Shown here: in pieces, positions 54,201-64,000 of the stretch
Layout of the letters: every line of letters begins with the position of its first letter
Position numbering within the stretch: the stretch's first letter is position 1
Assembly (NCBI GenBank): GCA_038231135.1
Contig: JBBRLX010000004.1
Location: forward strand, 64,001 to 128,000
Length of the DNA: 64,000 nt
From: Candidatus Eiseniibacteriota bacterium
GTDB lineage: Bacteria; Eisenbacteria; RBG-16-71-46
Direction: 5' to 3'
Translations under genes and position numbers: made by a program
Notes under the pieces: generated by a model
The model's database searches: none
What the model was told of the DNA's origin: nothing
What the model saw: the letters and a program-made list of their open reading frames with translations, nothing else

Positions 54201-56663
54201 GTTGAGGTTCTTGACCGGGAACGTGCCGTTGCACGCAGGCGCGCCGGCAATCGAGCCGTTGAGCCACGGAACGATGTTCGTCGTCCCCAGCGCGGCGCTG
54301 CCGGTGCCGGTGGGGTTCGCAGGCCCGCTCGGGCCGCTGACGCTGCCCCACCAGTTGCAGGTGGCGTCGAGTTGACCGGGCCCCGAATAGCCGGCGGCAC
54401 CGTCGAGCACCCCCACTCCGAAGTCGCTGTCGGTCACGAGATCGTTGTGGTTGATCGCGATGTTGCCGTTGGGGCCGTAGCCAAACCCGCCATCGTTCAC
54501 CCGCACGCCGCGCAGGTTGTCGTTGATGACGTTGTCCTTCACGTTCACGTTCACCACGGCGCCGGCCAGTGAGAGCCCGGTGGCGTTGCCGCCCGTCGTG
54601 ATCGTGTTCCCGGTGAACGCGCCACCGGTGATGGACAGCGCGAAGATGCCGAAGTCGTTCGCATGCACGTTGTTCGACACGAATTGCAGGTCGACGTGGG
54701 TGCCCGGACCGGTCGCGGCGAAGATCACCGGGTTGTTGGTGACGAGATGCCCGGTGATCTCGTTGTCGTGAATGTTCAGCTTGTTGGTGTTCTCCGAGTA
54801 GATGCCGGTGCCACCCGCGGGTCCCGGGGCGTTGTTGCTCGAGATCAGGTTGCACGCGATCGCGGAGGCGTCGCTGCAGTTCGCGTAGATTCCGATCGAG
54901 TTGCCGGTGACGACGTTGTTCTGGATCGTCATGTTCTTCGCCGCCGAGGACATCCACACGCCGGCGTTGAAGGAACCGTTCAGGCCGTGGACGATCTCGA
55001 ACCCGTCGAGCGTCACGTCGTCGCTCTGGATCACGATCGCGGCGTCGACCGAGTTGCCGTCGATCACCGACTCGGGCCCCCGCGCGCCGCCATTCGCCGC
55101 GCACGCGCCGGCATTGGCGCCTTCGAGCGTCAGCTTCTTCGCCACGATCACGTTCTCGAGATAGACGCCGGCCTTCGCGAGCAACTTGTCACCGTCGACG
55201 CCGTGGTCGACCTGGGGCTGGATCGCGCTGGCGATCTCGCGAATGTCGTTGAACGTGTAGGGATCCGGCGTCGTCACGGTGTAGGTGCGCAGATTCGCCG
55301 GGGGCGCGGGACCCACGACCACCGCGCGATCGTAGGTATTGCCGTTCCAATACGACGTCCAGTCGAACTGCGAGTTGTCATACGTGCCGCGGGCGCGGAT
55401 GTGGCGGCCCAGAGGCTCGGTGTCGATGAAGGTGTTGCCGGTGATCACCGCGCCGCCCACGGAATAGACGAACCATGGCACGCCGGTATTGGAACCGTTG
55501 AAGCTGACCATCGGCCAGGTCTCGCCGGCGACGCCGTGGAACGCGTTGCCGGTGATGACGCGTCCCGACGCGGGGCCGGAGTACCCGGCGCCGCTGGTCA
55601 GATCGACGCTGTTGCCGGCCTGGAACGTGTTGCCCTGGATCCGGTACTTCTGGATGTGCGAGGTGTTGGTGCCGGCGTCATAGCGCCAGTCGTTGAAGTA
55701 GATCGAACCTTCGTTGTCGTTGACCTGGCTGTTCTTGAGCGTGAGGTCGTCGCCGGCGACTTCGAGCGTCTTGTTCGTGCCCCCGGCGTTGGTCGAGATG
55801 ATGACGCCGCTGATCGTGACGCCGTCGGCGTCGACGAACATGCCGTCGGTCCCGAAGTCGTTTGTGGCGTTGGTCGTGATCGTGGCGCCCGCCGCGGCGG
55901 CGCTCGTGATCACGTTGCCCAGTTCGTCGACCCCCTCGAGCGTCACCGCACCCTGCGGGACCGAGAAGAACAGGCCGAACTGATACGGGCCGCCGCCGCC
56001 GTCGCCGGCGTCGAGGAACCGGCCCGCGGCGGTTTCGTCGTAGTTGCCGGGCAGCACGTCGACCTTGCCGTTGGGGGCAGCGAGGTCGAGGCCTCGCTGA
56101 ATCGTCCCGGCGGCATCACGCCCGATCGTATAGTTGTTGGGGCCCACGGCGACGATCGTGCTGTCGGGGAAGCCCGCCCAGTTGTCGTTCACGACAATGT
56201 GGGACACCGCGTTCACCCTCACCGGAATGCGGCTCGCCGCCTGGGCGGTCGTGCCGGACCCTGTGCGGCCGATCCGCTCGAACGCGCGCAGCGGCTCGGA
56301 CCTGGCTGTGCGCGGGCGGGTGGGAATCGCGGTCGCCGAATGCCTGGCAAAGGTCGGCTTGTCGTTGCCGGCGGACTTCACAGCGGTCGCGGCCCGCGAC
56401 GCCGGACGCTGCACCGGCGCAGATCTCGCTGCCGCGGGGAAATTCAGCTTCGGCCGGTCCACGGTTGTGGGGCTCGGAGCCGGCTCGGCCTTGATCGCGG
56501 AGCTGGCCGCGGTCGCGGACTTCTCCGCCGCCGGGGACCTCAAGACCGGTTTGTCCCGGGTCGCAGGGATCGCCGCGGACGCGAGCGACCCCAGTCCCAG
56601 CATGACGAGAATGGCAACGCCGAGTGCGCAGCCGTGGGTGCGTTTCAGTAGCATGTTCGACAT
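51246..56663 (-). CDS. 1805-aa secreted beta-helix protein with three tandem 346-aa modules and a C-terminal FlgD-Ig-like domain
   Basis: Signal peptide; repeated TIQ.AIDA, GANAG.CAANGGARGPE, ATCNWWGS; PNGGE Ig domain; PNP...WDGR...GVYFVR. Confidence 0.9.
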   Translation of the reverse strand: MSNMLLKRTHGCALGVAILVMLGLGSLASAAIPATRDKPVLRSPAAEKSATAASSAIKAEPAPSPTTVDRPKLNFPAAARSAPVQRPASRAATAVKSAGNDKPTFARHSATAIPTRPRTARSEPLRAFERIGRTGSGTTAQAASRIPVRVNAVSHIVVNDNWAGFPDSTIVAVGPNNYTIGRDAAGTIQRGLDLAAPNGKVDVLPGNYDETAAGRFLDAGDGGGGPYQFGLFFSVPQGAVTLEGVDELGNVITSAAAAGATITTNATNDFGTDGMFVDADGVTISGVIISTNAGGTNKTLEVAGDDLTLKNSQVNDNEGSIYFNDWRYDAGTNTSHIQKYRIQGNTFQAGNSVDLTSGAGYSGPASGRVITGNAFHGVAGETWPMVSFNGSNTGVPWFVYSVGGAVITGNTFIDTEPLGRHIRARGTYDNSQFDWTSYWNGNTYDRAVVVGPAPPANLRTYTVTTPDPYTFNDIREIASAIQPQVDHGVDGDKLLAKAGVYLENVIVAKKLTLEGANAGACAANGGARGPESVIDGNSVDAAIVIQSDDVTLDGFEIVHGLNGSFNAGVWMSSAAKNMTIQNNVVTGNSIGIYANCSDASAIACNLISSNNAPGPAGGTGIYSENTNKLNIHDNEITGHLVTNNPVIFAATGPGTHVDLQFVSNNVHANDFGIFALSITGGAFTGNTITTGGNATGLSLAGAVVNVNVKDNVINDNLRGVRVNDGGFGYGPNGNIAINHNDLVTDSDFGVGVLDGAAGYSGPGQLDATCNWWGSVSGPSGPANPTGTGSAALGTTNIVPWLNGSIAGAPACNGTFPVKNLNTGLTYPTIQLAIDAPQTLDGHTIQAGPATYQENVFVNKSVTLQGANAGACAANGGARGPESIIDGNFTGAAVTLAADGATLDGFEVIHGQNGGNAGVFMSAANKNLGVLNNVIDDNTIGIYANCSDASSIYCNLIKANNLPGPSGGAGIYSEYTNNLTVQTNELTGHTDNNPVIFAATGPAVHNSLQFLGNNVHDTYGVYTISIATGTFQNNTITTSLPAGATALAFAGACTNVTVRNNVINNSKRGVRIEDDGYGYGSSNNITVRFNDLVNDSQYGLGVISGYSGPGQLLATCNWWGSVSGPSGPLNPGGTGSQILGTTNFQPWLNASSTGPAACIGVFRVVNLTTSRTYPTIQQAIDAPQTLAGHIIFAPAGTYQENVVVNKGVKLQGNNAGKCAANGGARGPETIIDGNFTGAAVTLVADGASLDGFKVINGQNGGNAGVVMSAANKSLSVVNNVITNNTIGIYANCSDASAITCNLIKANNLPGPSGGSGIYSEYTNKLTVKTNEFTGHTDNNPVIFAATAAGVHKSLVFQSNNVHDTYGVYTISITTGTFSANTITTSLPAGATGLAFTGACTAVVVKDNFIKNNMRGVRVEDDGYGYGDNSNIKINHNDLVNDTQYGVGVISGYSGPGQLDATCNWWGSVTGPTTGLNPGGTGSPVTGTTSFHPWLNGSITGSPACSGTLGGSSVTVIFPNGGEDFLIGSDVKLVWSATIVGGGVPPGKVKLLLSRDNGATYSPIVTPDSPGGVTDNDGSLTWNVTGPMTTTALFRVEGIDDGGNTISDVSDATFTIDPGPTDVLLSRFDAEASDAGVTVHWSLKGGLFTVVGLERSEIETGPWLAVLGDRHDESGATVVVDNTAVAGRSYWYRLVATTNTGTQAVFGPVKAEAALPREFAMSAARPNPTTGPMNMEFSVARDARVRLIVLDLQGRTVATLAQGAFKPGRYQITWDGRSDRGTVPMGVYFVRFETPGKNFVQRVVLAR
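52150..55180 (-). repeat. Intragenic tandem triplication, period 1038 nt
   Basis: CCAGTTGCAGGTGGC at 52275, 53313 and 54351; boundaries approximate. Confidence 0.9.
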
Positions 56664-57196
56664 GACGACCTCCGAGGGACGGGGGACGACCTGTCGCGGA
56701 CCGATGGCTCAGCCTGAAAGCGGGCTCCCGGGTCATAACCCATCGCCGCAACATCCCGAAAGCGTTCGATTTAGAGAAATCGCGCATCCGTGGTGGATGC
56801 GTGCGGCGGCACATGGACTTCGGCGGCCCTGCGAGCATCGAGTGGGGGGGTTGCGTGTACGCTCGGTGTTTTCAATACTGAGGATCGTCTATCGAGGACG
56901 AAGCTTCATATCTCGACACGGTGACCGCAGGGAAATCCCTGCCAATGCATGAAATCGGCTAAATCGACGCCAGCGAGCATAATCCGCCGACAAGGCGTTA
57001 CATGCAACACAGAAGATGCGTTCGTCTTCACTTTTCACCCATCAGGCTCGAAATCGTTCGGGCGGAACTCCACCTCCGGTGAGCGGATCCAAGAAGTCCC
57101 CGCCGGTGACAATATGTGCCGGTATCAAACTCGCCCGCCACGCCACCCCTCCCGACGACCGCATCCTCATGACCGTTCGGGTGATATCCTGCCGCC

Positions 57197-58591
57197 ATGC
57201 GATCCGTCGATCCCAATACCGGCGCCCCGATTCATGATTACCCCGACCACGACGACGCGGCGGTCGGCCGCGCGCTCGATGCCGCCGGCGCTGCCCATCG
57301 GGACTGGCGCGACGCCACGTTCGCGGATCGCGCCGCGGTCCTGCGAGCGGCCGCCGGGGCGCTTCGCGATCAGCGCGAACGGCTGGCGGCCCTCATGACC
57401 GCCGAAATGGGCAAGCCGATTGTCCAGTCCGACAGCGAAGTCGAGAAGTGCGCCGGGGCATGCGAGTACTTCGCGGAGCACGCCGAACGGTACCTCGCGA
57501 TCGAATTTATCCCTACCGACGCGTCGCGCAGTTACGTCCGGCACGATCCGCTCGGTGTGCTGCTCGCCATCATGCCGTGGAATTTCCCGTTCTGGCAGGT
57601 GTTCCGGGCGGCGGCGCCGGCGCTCATGGCGGGCAACGGAATGGTGCTCAAGCACGCCTCCAACGTCCCCGGCTGCGCGCTGGCGATCGAGGACGTGTTC
57701 CGGCGCGCGGGCGCCCCCGCTGGTCTGTTCACCACCCTGCTGATCGACGCGGAGCGCGCCGAGGCGCTGATCGACGACCCGCGCATCGCCGCCGTGACGC
57801 TCACCGGCAGCGAAGGCGCGGGCCGCGCGATCGCGCGGCGGGCGGGCGCGGCGCTCAAGCCCTGCGTGCTCGAGCTCGGCGGCTCGGATGCGTTCCTCGT
57901 GCTGGAGGGAGCGGACGTCGACGCGGTGGCGCAGCACGCGGTCCAGGCGCGGTTGATCAACAACGGCCAGTCCTGCATCGCGGCCAAGCGCTTCATCGTG
58001 GTGGCGGGCGCCGCCGAGGCGTTCGAGCACATGTTCGCGGCGCGGATGGCGGCCGCGAACGTCGGAAATCCCGCCGATCGCACGGTGGAGCTCGGGCCCC
58101 TCGCCCGGGCCGACCTGCGCGACCAGCTCCACGACATCGTCACCCGGTCGGTCGCCGCCGGCGCGCGGCTCGTCACCGGCGGCCAGCCGCTGGCCCGGCC
58201 GGGATACTTCTACGCGCCGACCGTGCTCGCCGGAGTCGAGCCCGGCATGGCGGCGTTCGACGAGGAGACGTTCGGGCCGGTCGCGGCGGTGACCCGCGCG
58301 CGCGACGCCGGCCACGCGGTCGAACTGGCGAACCACTCCCGCTACGGGCTCGGCGCCAGCATCTGGACGAACGACGCACCGCGCGCCGAAGCGCTCGCGG
58401 CGCACATCGAGGCGGGGTCGGTGTTCGTGAACGGCATCGTGAAATCCGATCCGCGACTGCCGTTCGGCGGCGTCAAGGCGTCGGGCTACGGCCGCGAGCT
58501 GTCGGCGGCCGGCATCCGCGAGTTCGTGAACCTCAAGACCGTGTGGGTGCGCGAGACGCCGGCGCCGGGAGCGCATCGCGGCGCCGAGTGA
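57197..58591 (+). CDS. NAD(P)-dependent succinate-semialdehyde dehydrogenase family (Sad/GabD-like)
   Basis: IMPWNFPFWQ, LKHASNV, LTGSE, LELGGSD, NNGQSCIA, EETFGP, PFGGVK.SGYGRE. Confidence 0.93.
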   Translation: MRSVDPNTGAPIHDYPDHDDAAVGRALDAAGAAHRDWRDATFADRAAVLRAAAGALRDQRERLAALMTAEMGKPIVQSDSEVEKCAGACEYFAEHAERYLAIEFIPTDASRSYVRHDPLGVLLAIMPWNFPFWQVFRAAAPALMAGNGMVLKHASNVPGCALAIEDVFRRAGAPAGLFTTLLIDAERAEALIDDPRIAAVTLTGSEGAGRAIARRAGAALKPCVLELGGSDAFLVLEGADVDAVAQHAVQARLINNGQSCIAAKRFIVVAGAAEAFEHMFAARMAAANVGNPADRTVELGPLARADLRDQLHDIVTRSVAAGARLVTGGQPLARPGYFYAPTVLAGVEPGMAAFDEETFGPVAAVTRARDAGHAVELANHSRYGLGASIWTNDAPRAEALAAHIEAGSVFVNGIVKSDPRLPFGGVKASGYGRELSAAGIREFVNLKTVWVRETPAPGAHRGAE

Positions 58592-58613
58592 GACCCCGGG
58601 AACGACCCGCCGG

Positions 58614-60791
58614 TCACGCGCTCCACATCGCGGATTCGAACGTCCGGTCGGGCACCTTGAAACGCACCAGGTCGTCGGCCGGGAACGTCTCGACGACCTG
58701 GCCGCCGTGCAGCACATGCACCAGCAGCTCGATCGCGTCGCCCGCGGTGACGCCAAGCGCCGCGAACGGCACCGACAGCTCGAGGATGCTGCCGATGATG
58801 CACGTCGCCCCGGGAACGCCGGGTCGCGCCGGACGCGCCAGGCCGTCGGTCGGCGATCCGGCACTGTCGGCGTCGGCGCTCACCACCATTCGCTCGCCCG
58901 CCACGATGCCGTCGATTTCGATCCGCCGCGGCCGCGGGGCGAGCAGCTCGACCGCCAGCTCGAGGTCCGGTTTCGGCACCACGCCCGGCGCGAAATCGAT
59001 CCTCAGGTGCAACTGCTCGAGATCGAAGCCGAAATACAGGTCGCGGCCGAGACTCTGGTCACGATGCATCGAGCCGCCTCCCCCGCCGAGCCGGTGGTGG
59101 CCTGCGCCCTCCCACTCGTAGAAATTCGTGCGGCGGCCGTCGAGCACCGGCGTGAGCAGCCGCACCGGCGCGATCCGCGTGACGCCCGCGTCGCGCAACG
59201 CCGTCACCGGGATCTGCAGCCAGCCCGGCGTCGGCAGTTCCGCCCGTTCGTACACCGCCTGGAGCTGATCGCGGAACAGCTTGTCGAACAGGATCTTATC
59301 GGCGGTGTAATGGTCCTCGCCAAACCACCAGAACCAGTCGGAGCCCTCGGCGGCGAACAGCGCCTCCCAGGCCTTGGGATGGGTTTCCAGGGTGCGGCCG
59401 CCGTTCACCAGCGCGCGGCGGGCGCGGCTCACCAGCTCCCATGCCCGGTTCTTCTCGGGGTGACCGATCCAGATCCGGAAGTCGGCCTGGATCCACGATC
59501 CGGTGTAGAGCCGCTCCAGCACCGGCAGCGACGCGCGCTCCGCCAGCACCTCGGAGGGCGTGCGGGTGCGAATGTCCGCCGCCGCTTCCAGCTCGGCATA
59601 CAGCGCCTCGAGGAACGGGGCCCCGTCATCGGCGTAATGCTCCCAGCAATTCTCCCCGTCGAGGATCACCGACACCACCGGCGGCACGTCGCCGGCATGA
59701 TCGCGCGCCACGCGCCGCACGCGGCCCAGGAAATCGGCCACGGCGTCGGCCGCGTTCCAGTGGCTGTAGACGAATCCGATGCGATCCGACAGCTCGTGGT
59801 CCCGGAAGAACATCGCGAGCGGCCCGGCCGCGGTGTCCACGCGCCACGGGTGATACAGCGCCTCCCGGCGCTGCTCCCCGGGCGGCAGCGAACCCCACAG
59901 CACGCCTTCGTCACTCGCGGCCCAGCGCAGTCCGGCGCGAGCGATCAACTCCACGGCTTCGGGGCTCACCCCACCCTCCGGCGGCCACATGCCGGCCGGC
60001 CGCCTGCCGAACGCGCGCTCGTGACGGGCGACCCCGCGCTCCACCTGGAGCGCCGCGTCCTCGGGCGCCGCGAACGGCTCCGATGGCAGCAGCACGTCGG
60101 GCCGCGGCCGTCGCGCTGCCTCCTGGTTGATGAGCAGCGGCAGGATCGGATGGTAGTAGGGCGATTCCGACAACTCGATCTGGCCGCGGTCCGCGAGCGC
60201 GCGATAGCTGGGAATCACCTCGGCCAGCAGCTCGCGGTGGAGTGCGAGCAGCCCGTCCCGCCGCGGGAGGTCGAAGGTCGCCTGCGGCGCGAGGACGGCG
60301 ACCGCAGCCGGACGATCGTGGAACAGCGGATCCACCCATGCGACGAGGAACCAGATCTCGAGCGCGAGCATGTCGTCGTCGCCAAACACCTCCGTCCCGC
60401 CCGCCGTGCGGGCGCGCGCCGCACGCTCGCACAGCCGCCGGTAGGCCGGCCAGCGTTCGATGGCGTAGCGCGGCGAAACCGTGCACCGCGTCAGCAGTTC
60501 GGTGCGCTGCGGCTCGTCGAGCGATCCCGGGGGTCGGGACAGCAGCTCGAACAGCGCCTCCGGGACGCCGCGCTCGGCATCCTCGAGCTGATCGAGCAGC
60601 GACGGCACGAAGTTGAACGTGGCATGCACGCCGGGATGGCGGCGGAGGTGCTCCGCCATGTCGAGGTAATCCTTGGACGCGTGCAGCCACACCCACGGCA
60701 GCACGGCGTGGCCGTCCCGCGGATTCCGATAGTCGGGCTGGTGGTGGTGCCAGAGGAACACCAGCTCGACCGGCGCCGCGCGGTCACTCAC
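58614..60791 (-). CDS. Glycoside hydrolase family 57 (amylopullulanase-like)
   Basis: LWHHHQPDY, PYYHPILPL, WPPEG (nucleophile), FRDHELSDRIGF, ILDGEN (acid/base), AEGSDWFWW. Confidence 0.93.
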   Translation of the reverse strand: MSDRAAPVELVFLWHHHQPDYRNPRDGHAVLPWVWLHASKDYLDMAEHLRRHPGVHATFNFVPSLLDQLEDAERGVPEALFELLSRPPGSLDEPQRTELLTRCTVSPRYAIERWPAYRRLCERAARARTAGGTEVFGDDDMLALEIWFLVAWVDPLFHDRPAAVAVLAPQATFDLPRRDGLLALHRELLAEVIPSYRALADRGQIELSESPYYHPILPLLINQEAARRPRPDVLLPSEPFAAPEDAALQVERGVARHERAFGRRPAGMWPPEGGVSPEAVELIARAGLRWAASDEGVLWGSLPPGEQRREALYHPWRVDTAAGPLAMFFRDHELSDRIGFVYSHWNAADAVADFLGRVRRVARDHAGDVPPVVSVILDGENCWEHYADDGAPFLEALYAELEAAADIRTRTPSEVLAERASLPVLERLYTGSWIQADFRIWIGHPEKNRAWELVSRARRALVNGGRTLETHPKAWEALFAAEGSDWFWWFGEDHYTADKILFDKLFRDQLQAVYERAELPTPGWLQIPVTALRDAGVTRIAPVRLLTPVLDGRRTNFYEWEGAGHHRLGGGGGSMHRDQSLGRDLYFGFDLEQLHLRIDFAPGVVPKPDLELAVELLAPRPRRIEIDGIVAGERMVVSADADSAGSPTDGLARPARPGVPGATCIIGSILELSVPFAALGVTAGDAIELLVHVLHGGQVVETFPADDLVRFKVPDRTFESAMWSA

Positions 60792-60871
60792 GGCTTAGGG
60801 CTCGTGGAACGGCACCCGGGTCCGGTGCCGGAGGCTCGACGGCTCCGCGGCAGCGGACCACGGCCGTGCGA

Positions 60872-61561
60872 TCAGGAATTCGCGGTCTTGAGCTCGGCGA
60901 GCCTGACGCGTGCCGAAGCCGCGTAGCTCGTCTCGCCGAACTCGTCGATCACGCGCTGCAGCCGCTGGATCGCTTCGGCCTTCTGCCCGAGTGCCGCGAA
61001 GCACCGCGCCGCGCCGGTCAGAAACTCCGCCGACGACTCGCGATCGAACACGCCGACCAGGCTGTCATAGGTCTTCGCGGACTCGGCGAACTGCTTGTCG
61101 CTCTCGAGCGCATAGGCGAGGCTGCGCTTCACCGACGACGCGAGCACGCCGCTGCCCTGATGGGCCAGGTAGACCCGGTACTCGCTGATCGCGGTCTTGT
61201 AGTTGGCGGGCTGCGAGCGGAGCAGGCCGTTCCAGTACGCGTCGTCGCCGAGCAGCCGGTGGGCGTCGACGCCGCTCGGCGTCGAGCCGAACTGCTGCGC
61301 CACCTGCTTCGCCAGGTCCTGCGAACGGTCGTATTGCCCCTGCCAGAACAGCCCGTTGGCCTCGGCGAGCTTGGCGGCCGCCTGCCCCTCGGTGGCGGCC
61401 CGCGAGCGAACCATGAAGAATCCCAGCACGGCGAGCACCACGACGGCGCCGAGCGCACCCAGGATCACGCGGCCGAAACGCCCCCACACCGCCTGGAAGC
61501 GATCCAGCAGCTCGGCGCCCGGGTCGCTCATGTTGGCGATCTTGCGACTTTCCAACGACAA
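60872..61561 (-). CDS. Membrane-anchored TPR protein (YfgM-like)
   Basis: One N-terminal TM segment, then TPR-like helices; TTG start after GGAGG (alternative ATG at 61531). Confidence 0.75.
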   Translation of the reverse strand: MSLESRKIANMSDPGAELLDRFQAVWGRFGRVILGALGAVVVLAVLGFFMVRSRAATEGQAAAKLAEANGLFWQGQYDRSQDLAKQVAQQFGSTPSGVDAHRLLGDDAYWNGLLRSQPANYKTAISEYRVYLAHQGSGVLASSVKRSLAYALESDKQFAESAKTYDSLVGVFDRESSAEFLTGAARCFAALGQKAEAIQRLQRVIDEFGETSYAASARVRLAELKTANS

Positions 61562-61846
61562 ACCAACCTCCAGGACTGGGAGTGAGCGGGCTCCGGGGAC
61601 CATGCCGGAAGGACGGAAAAATCTAGACGGTGGGCGGGTGCCCGTCAAGGCGGGCCCGGGGCGTTCGGTCCGCGAGCCGCCACCACGCCGGATCCCGCGT
61701 GCGCCGCGGCGGTTCGGGGTGACCCTCGAGCGCCGGGGACCCGGGTGCGCCTCGTCTCCCCGCGGAGCGGTCCGCGGGTGGTCAGGGCGCCGCGGCCCGC
61801 CCCGGACCAGGGGGGGCGAGCCGCCCGCTGCAACGCTTCGCTCCGG

Positions 61847-64000
61847 TTACTGCAGCAGCACGAGACGCGACGCCACCTCGGTTCCGGCGGTCCGCAGGCG
61901 CACGAAGTACATCCCGCTCGCCGCGCGCGTCCCCGCCGCCGTGCGTCCGTCCCAGTTCGCAGTATGGGGTCCCGCCGGCATGCGGCCCGAGGCCAGCGAT
62001 CGCACCATCCGCCCCTGCACGTCGTAGATCCCGATCGATGCCGGTCCGGCCGACGGCAGCGCGAACCGCACCATCGTGCCGCCGTAGGATGGATTCGGCG
62101 CGGCGCTCATCGCCAGCGCGAGCGCGGCGTTCCTTCCCGTCACCCCGGTCGTGGGATCGAAGTGCACGAGGAAGTTGTCGAGGCCGCCCCGGGTGTTGTC
62201 GCGCGGGCCGGAGCCGAGCGAACCTGCCGAACCGCGCAGGCCGCCCAACCACGTGCCTTCGCCGATCGACGGGTGCCCAGGCCGGATCAGCGCGTTCAGC
62301 TTTGCGATCGAGATCTTCGCCCATACGGTGCTCGTCGTGGTGTCGACCCCGCCCGAATCCGCGAGCCCCACCGCGTGGTACGCTATGGCGTACGCGGCGC
62401 CAACCACCGGAGCCAGCGGCATCGAGTCGCGGTATCCGGTGCCGTAACTCACGACCGGCGAGCCCGTCGAATCCGTCACCAGCAGGTAGAACATGTCGCC
62501 GTGATCCGACACTCCGTTCGGCAACTGATCCTTGATGCCGGGCGCGTTCGCCGTCAGCGCGATGCGCCAGTTGCCCGGCGGCGGCACGGTGTTCAATCCC
62601 GACAGGGTCATCCGCGCACCCAGATACGGCGCATTCGGACCGTTCATGTCGGCGAAATACTTGATGGCCACGATGTCGAACGGATTGTCGGTGGGCACCG
62701 GCTGCGTCTCGACGATGGCATCGTGCGCCGGGTCCGTGACTTCGGGCAGCGCGAAGCTGCGCAGCGGCAATTCGCTCCGCGTGACGCGCCCGACGATGCC
62801 GGTGCCGCCATTGGCGCCGGCGAGCAGGCCCGGCCCCGACAACTGCCGCAACACGAAAGTATTGCCGTCGAAGTCGTTGTGATCGTCCGCAAACGAGATC
62901 ACGGCGGCGCCCTGAGGATCGTAGGCGATCTGGAAGTAGTCGCCGAGGTTGCGGTTCGCGGCGCCGGTGAGGCCGCCCTCGCTGATGTTCGAGCCGTGGA
63001 TGACGTGATCCGAGATTCGCTGCTGGCGGAACGCCGGCGACGCCGTGTTCGCGTTCAGGCTCTGCGAGAAATACACGTCCCAGTCGGCGGCATCGATGTC
63101 CTGGCTCTTCGAGCCGTACCAGACCACGTCCACGCGGCCGGCGCTGCCGGCCTCGAGCCACGGGAACACGTTGGTGAGCGTCGAATCCGGGTCATCGACC
63201 ATCGCCGCCGCGGTCCAGGCATCGCCGTGATTCCTGGAGTACGAATAGTAGACGTGCCGGTCGTTGGACCACGCCAGGTACACAGTGCCGTCGTCCCCCA
63301 CCTTCACCGGGTCGAACAGATGGCCGTGGCTCGTGGTGCCGTCGACGAGCTTCGTGACCCACGTGGCGCCACCGTCCGTCGAATGGCTGACGTATGCCGC
63401 GTTGCTGTTCTGGTGCGACACGTAGACCGTGCCGTCATGGTGGTCAACATCGATGTACCCGGGCGTGGTCGAAGCCGGGTTGCCCGTGTCGAGAACCGCG
63501 ACCGGCGCGCCGTAGGTCAGTCCGTGATCGGTCGACTTCTGCACGTAGAGCACCGACGACGGCACCGGCGCCCGATACAGCATGTAGATGTTGTCGGGAC
63601 CATCGGCCTCGATCCACTGGCGGTCGTCGGATGCGATCGCGGCCGCGGCGCCGTTGTGCTGGAACGTGTCCCCGCGGTCAGTCGACAGGTTCGACGAGAT
63701 GTCCGCCGCCGCGAGGCTCACCATGGTCAGCACCGGCGTCGACGTGGAATCGGCGGGAAAGCTCGTCGCGATGTCGATGTCACCGCCACCGTCGGACCCG
63801 CCGGCCGTCGAATCCGCGGCGCCCATCTGCTGGAACGCGTCGGGCTGGCCGAGGTAGCTGCCGTTGCGCAGCTCCGGGTCGAACGTCGGGCTCGTGGGAT
63901 TGAGGTCGAAGCGCCACAGATCCACGCCCGCCGGAACGCCGCGGATGCCGCTGACGTAGGCGTTGCCGCGCACGTCCACACGCACGCTCGGCTCCTCGGT
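61847..64000 (-). CDS. Secreted Asp-box (sialidase-like propeller) protein with C-terminal FlgD-Ig-like domain; 5' end outside the window
   Basis: STDRGDTF, STDHGLTY, STDGGATW, SRNHGDAW Asp-boxes; PNP...WDGR...SGMYFVR. Confidence 0.85.
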   Translation of the reverse strand, partial: TEEPSVRVDVRGNAYVSGIRGVPAGVDLWRFDLNPTSPTFDPELRNGSYLGQPDAFQQMGAADSTAGGSDGGGDIDIATSFPADSTSTPVLTMVSLAAADISSNLSTDRGDTFQHNGAAAAIASDDRQWIEADGPDNIYMLYRAPVPSSVLYVQKSTDHGLTYGAPVAVLDTGNPASTTPGYIDVDHHDGTVYVSHQNSNAAYVSHSTDGGATWVTKLVDGTTSHGHLFDPVKVGDDGTVYLAWSNDRHVYYSYSRNHGDAWTAAAMVDDPDSTLTNVFPWLEAGSAGRVDVVWYGSKSQDIDAADWDVYFSQSLNANTASPAFRQQRISDHVIHGSNISEGGLTGAANRNLGDYFQIAYDPQGAAVISFADDHNDFDGNTFVLRQLSGPGLLAGANGGTGIVGRVTRSELPLRSFALPEVTDPAHDAIVETQPVPTDNPFDIVAIKYFADMNGPNAPYLGARMTLSGLNTVPPPGNWRIALTANAPGIKDQLPNGVSDHGDMFYLLVTDSTGSPVVSYGTGYRDSMPLAPVVGAAYAIAYHAVGLADSGGVDTTTSTVWAKISIAKLNALIRPGHPSIGEGTWLGGLRGSAGSLGSGPRDNTRGGLDNFLVHFDPTTGVTGRNAALALAMSAAPNPSYGGTMVRFALPSAGPASIGIYDVQGRMVRSLASGRMPAGPHTANWDGRTAAGTRAASGMYFVRLRTAGTEVASRLVLLQ

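Overview
High-GC bacterial chromosomal window. Several secreted proteins with C-terminal FlgD-Ig/T9SS-like domains and one with a C-terminal 'STWGxxKxxYR' motif suggest an FCB-related candidate phylum such as Ca. Eisenbacteria (inference only). Layout: (1) 1-24.9 kb is a + strand housekeeping run: thrS, L20-type leader, infC (ATT start), rpmI, rplT, pheST, zapB-like, zapA, 6S RNA, rny, an in-frame ymdB-folD fusion, xseAB, ispA, DUF212, dxs, nadK, a decayed DUF2089 pair, recN, trpEGDCFB (no trpA) and tRNA-Arg(CCG). (2) 24.9-33.4 kb is an accessory block behind the tRNA, with att-like repeats, an orphan histidine kinase, yaeQ and three secreted proteins. (3) 33.5-48 kb holds an aminotransferase, a UbiE-like methyltransferase, a GAF-GGDEF gene with a sigma54-type promoter, wlbABC-like sugar genes, an NtrBC-like pair, lptE, holA and leuS. 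(4) 48-50.1 kb has two accessory envelope genes, then a dif (XerCD)-like site at 50182-50209 embedded in a 21-bp inverted repeat, where gene orientation flips from + to -; this is probably the replication terminus. (5) 50.2-64 kb is mostly on the - strand: a Gly-rich secreted protein, a 1805-aa triple-repeat beta-helix protein, an SSADH (+), a GH57, a TPR protein and a partial Asp-box protein. No CRISPR array, rRNA, transposase or integrase was seen. All calls come from reading motifs by eye; no database search was run.
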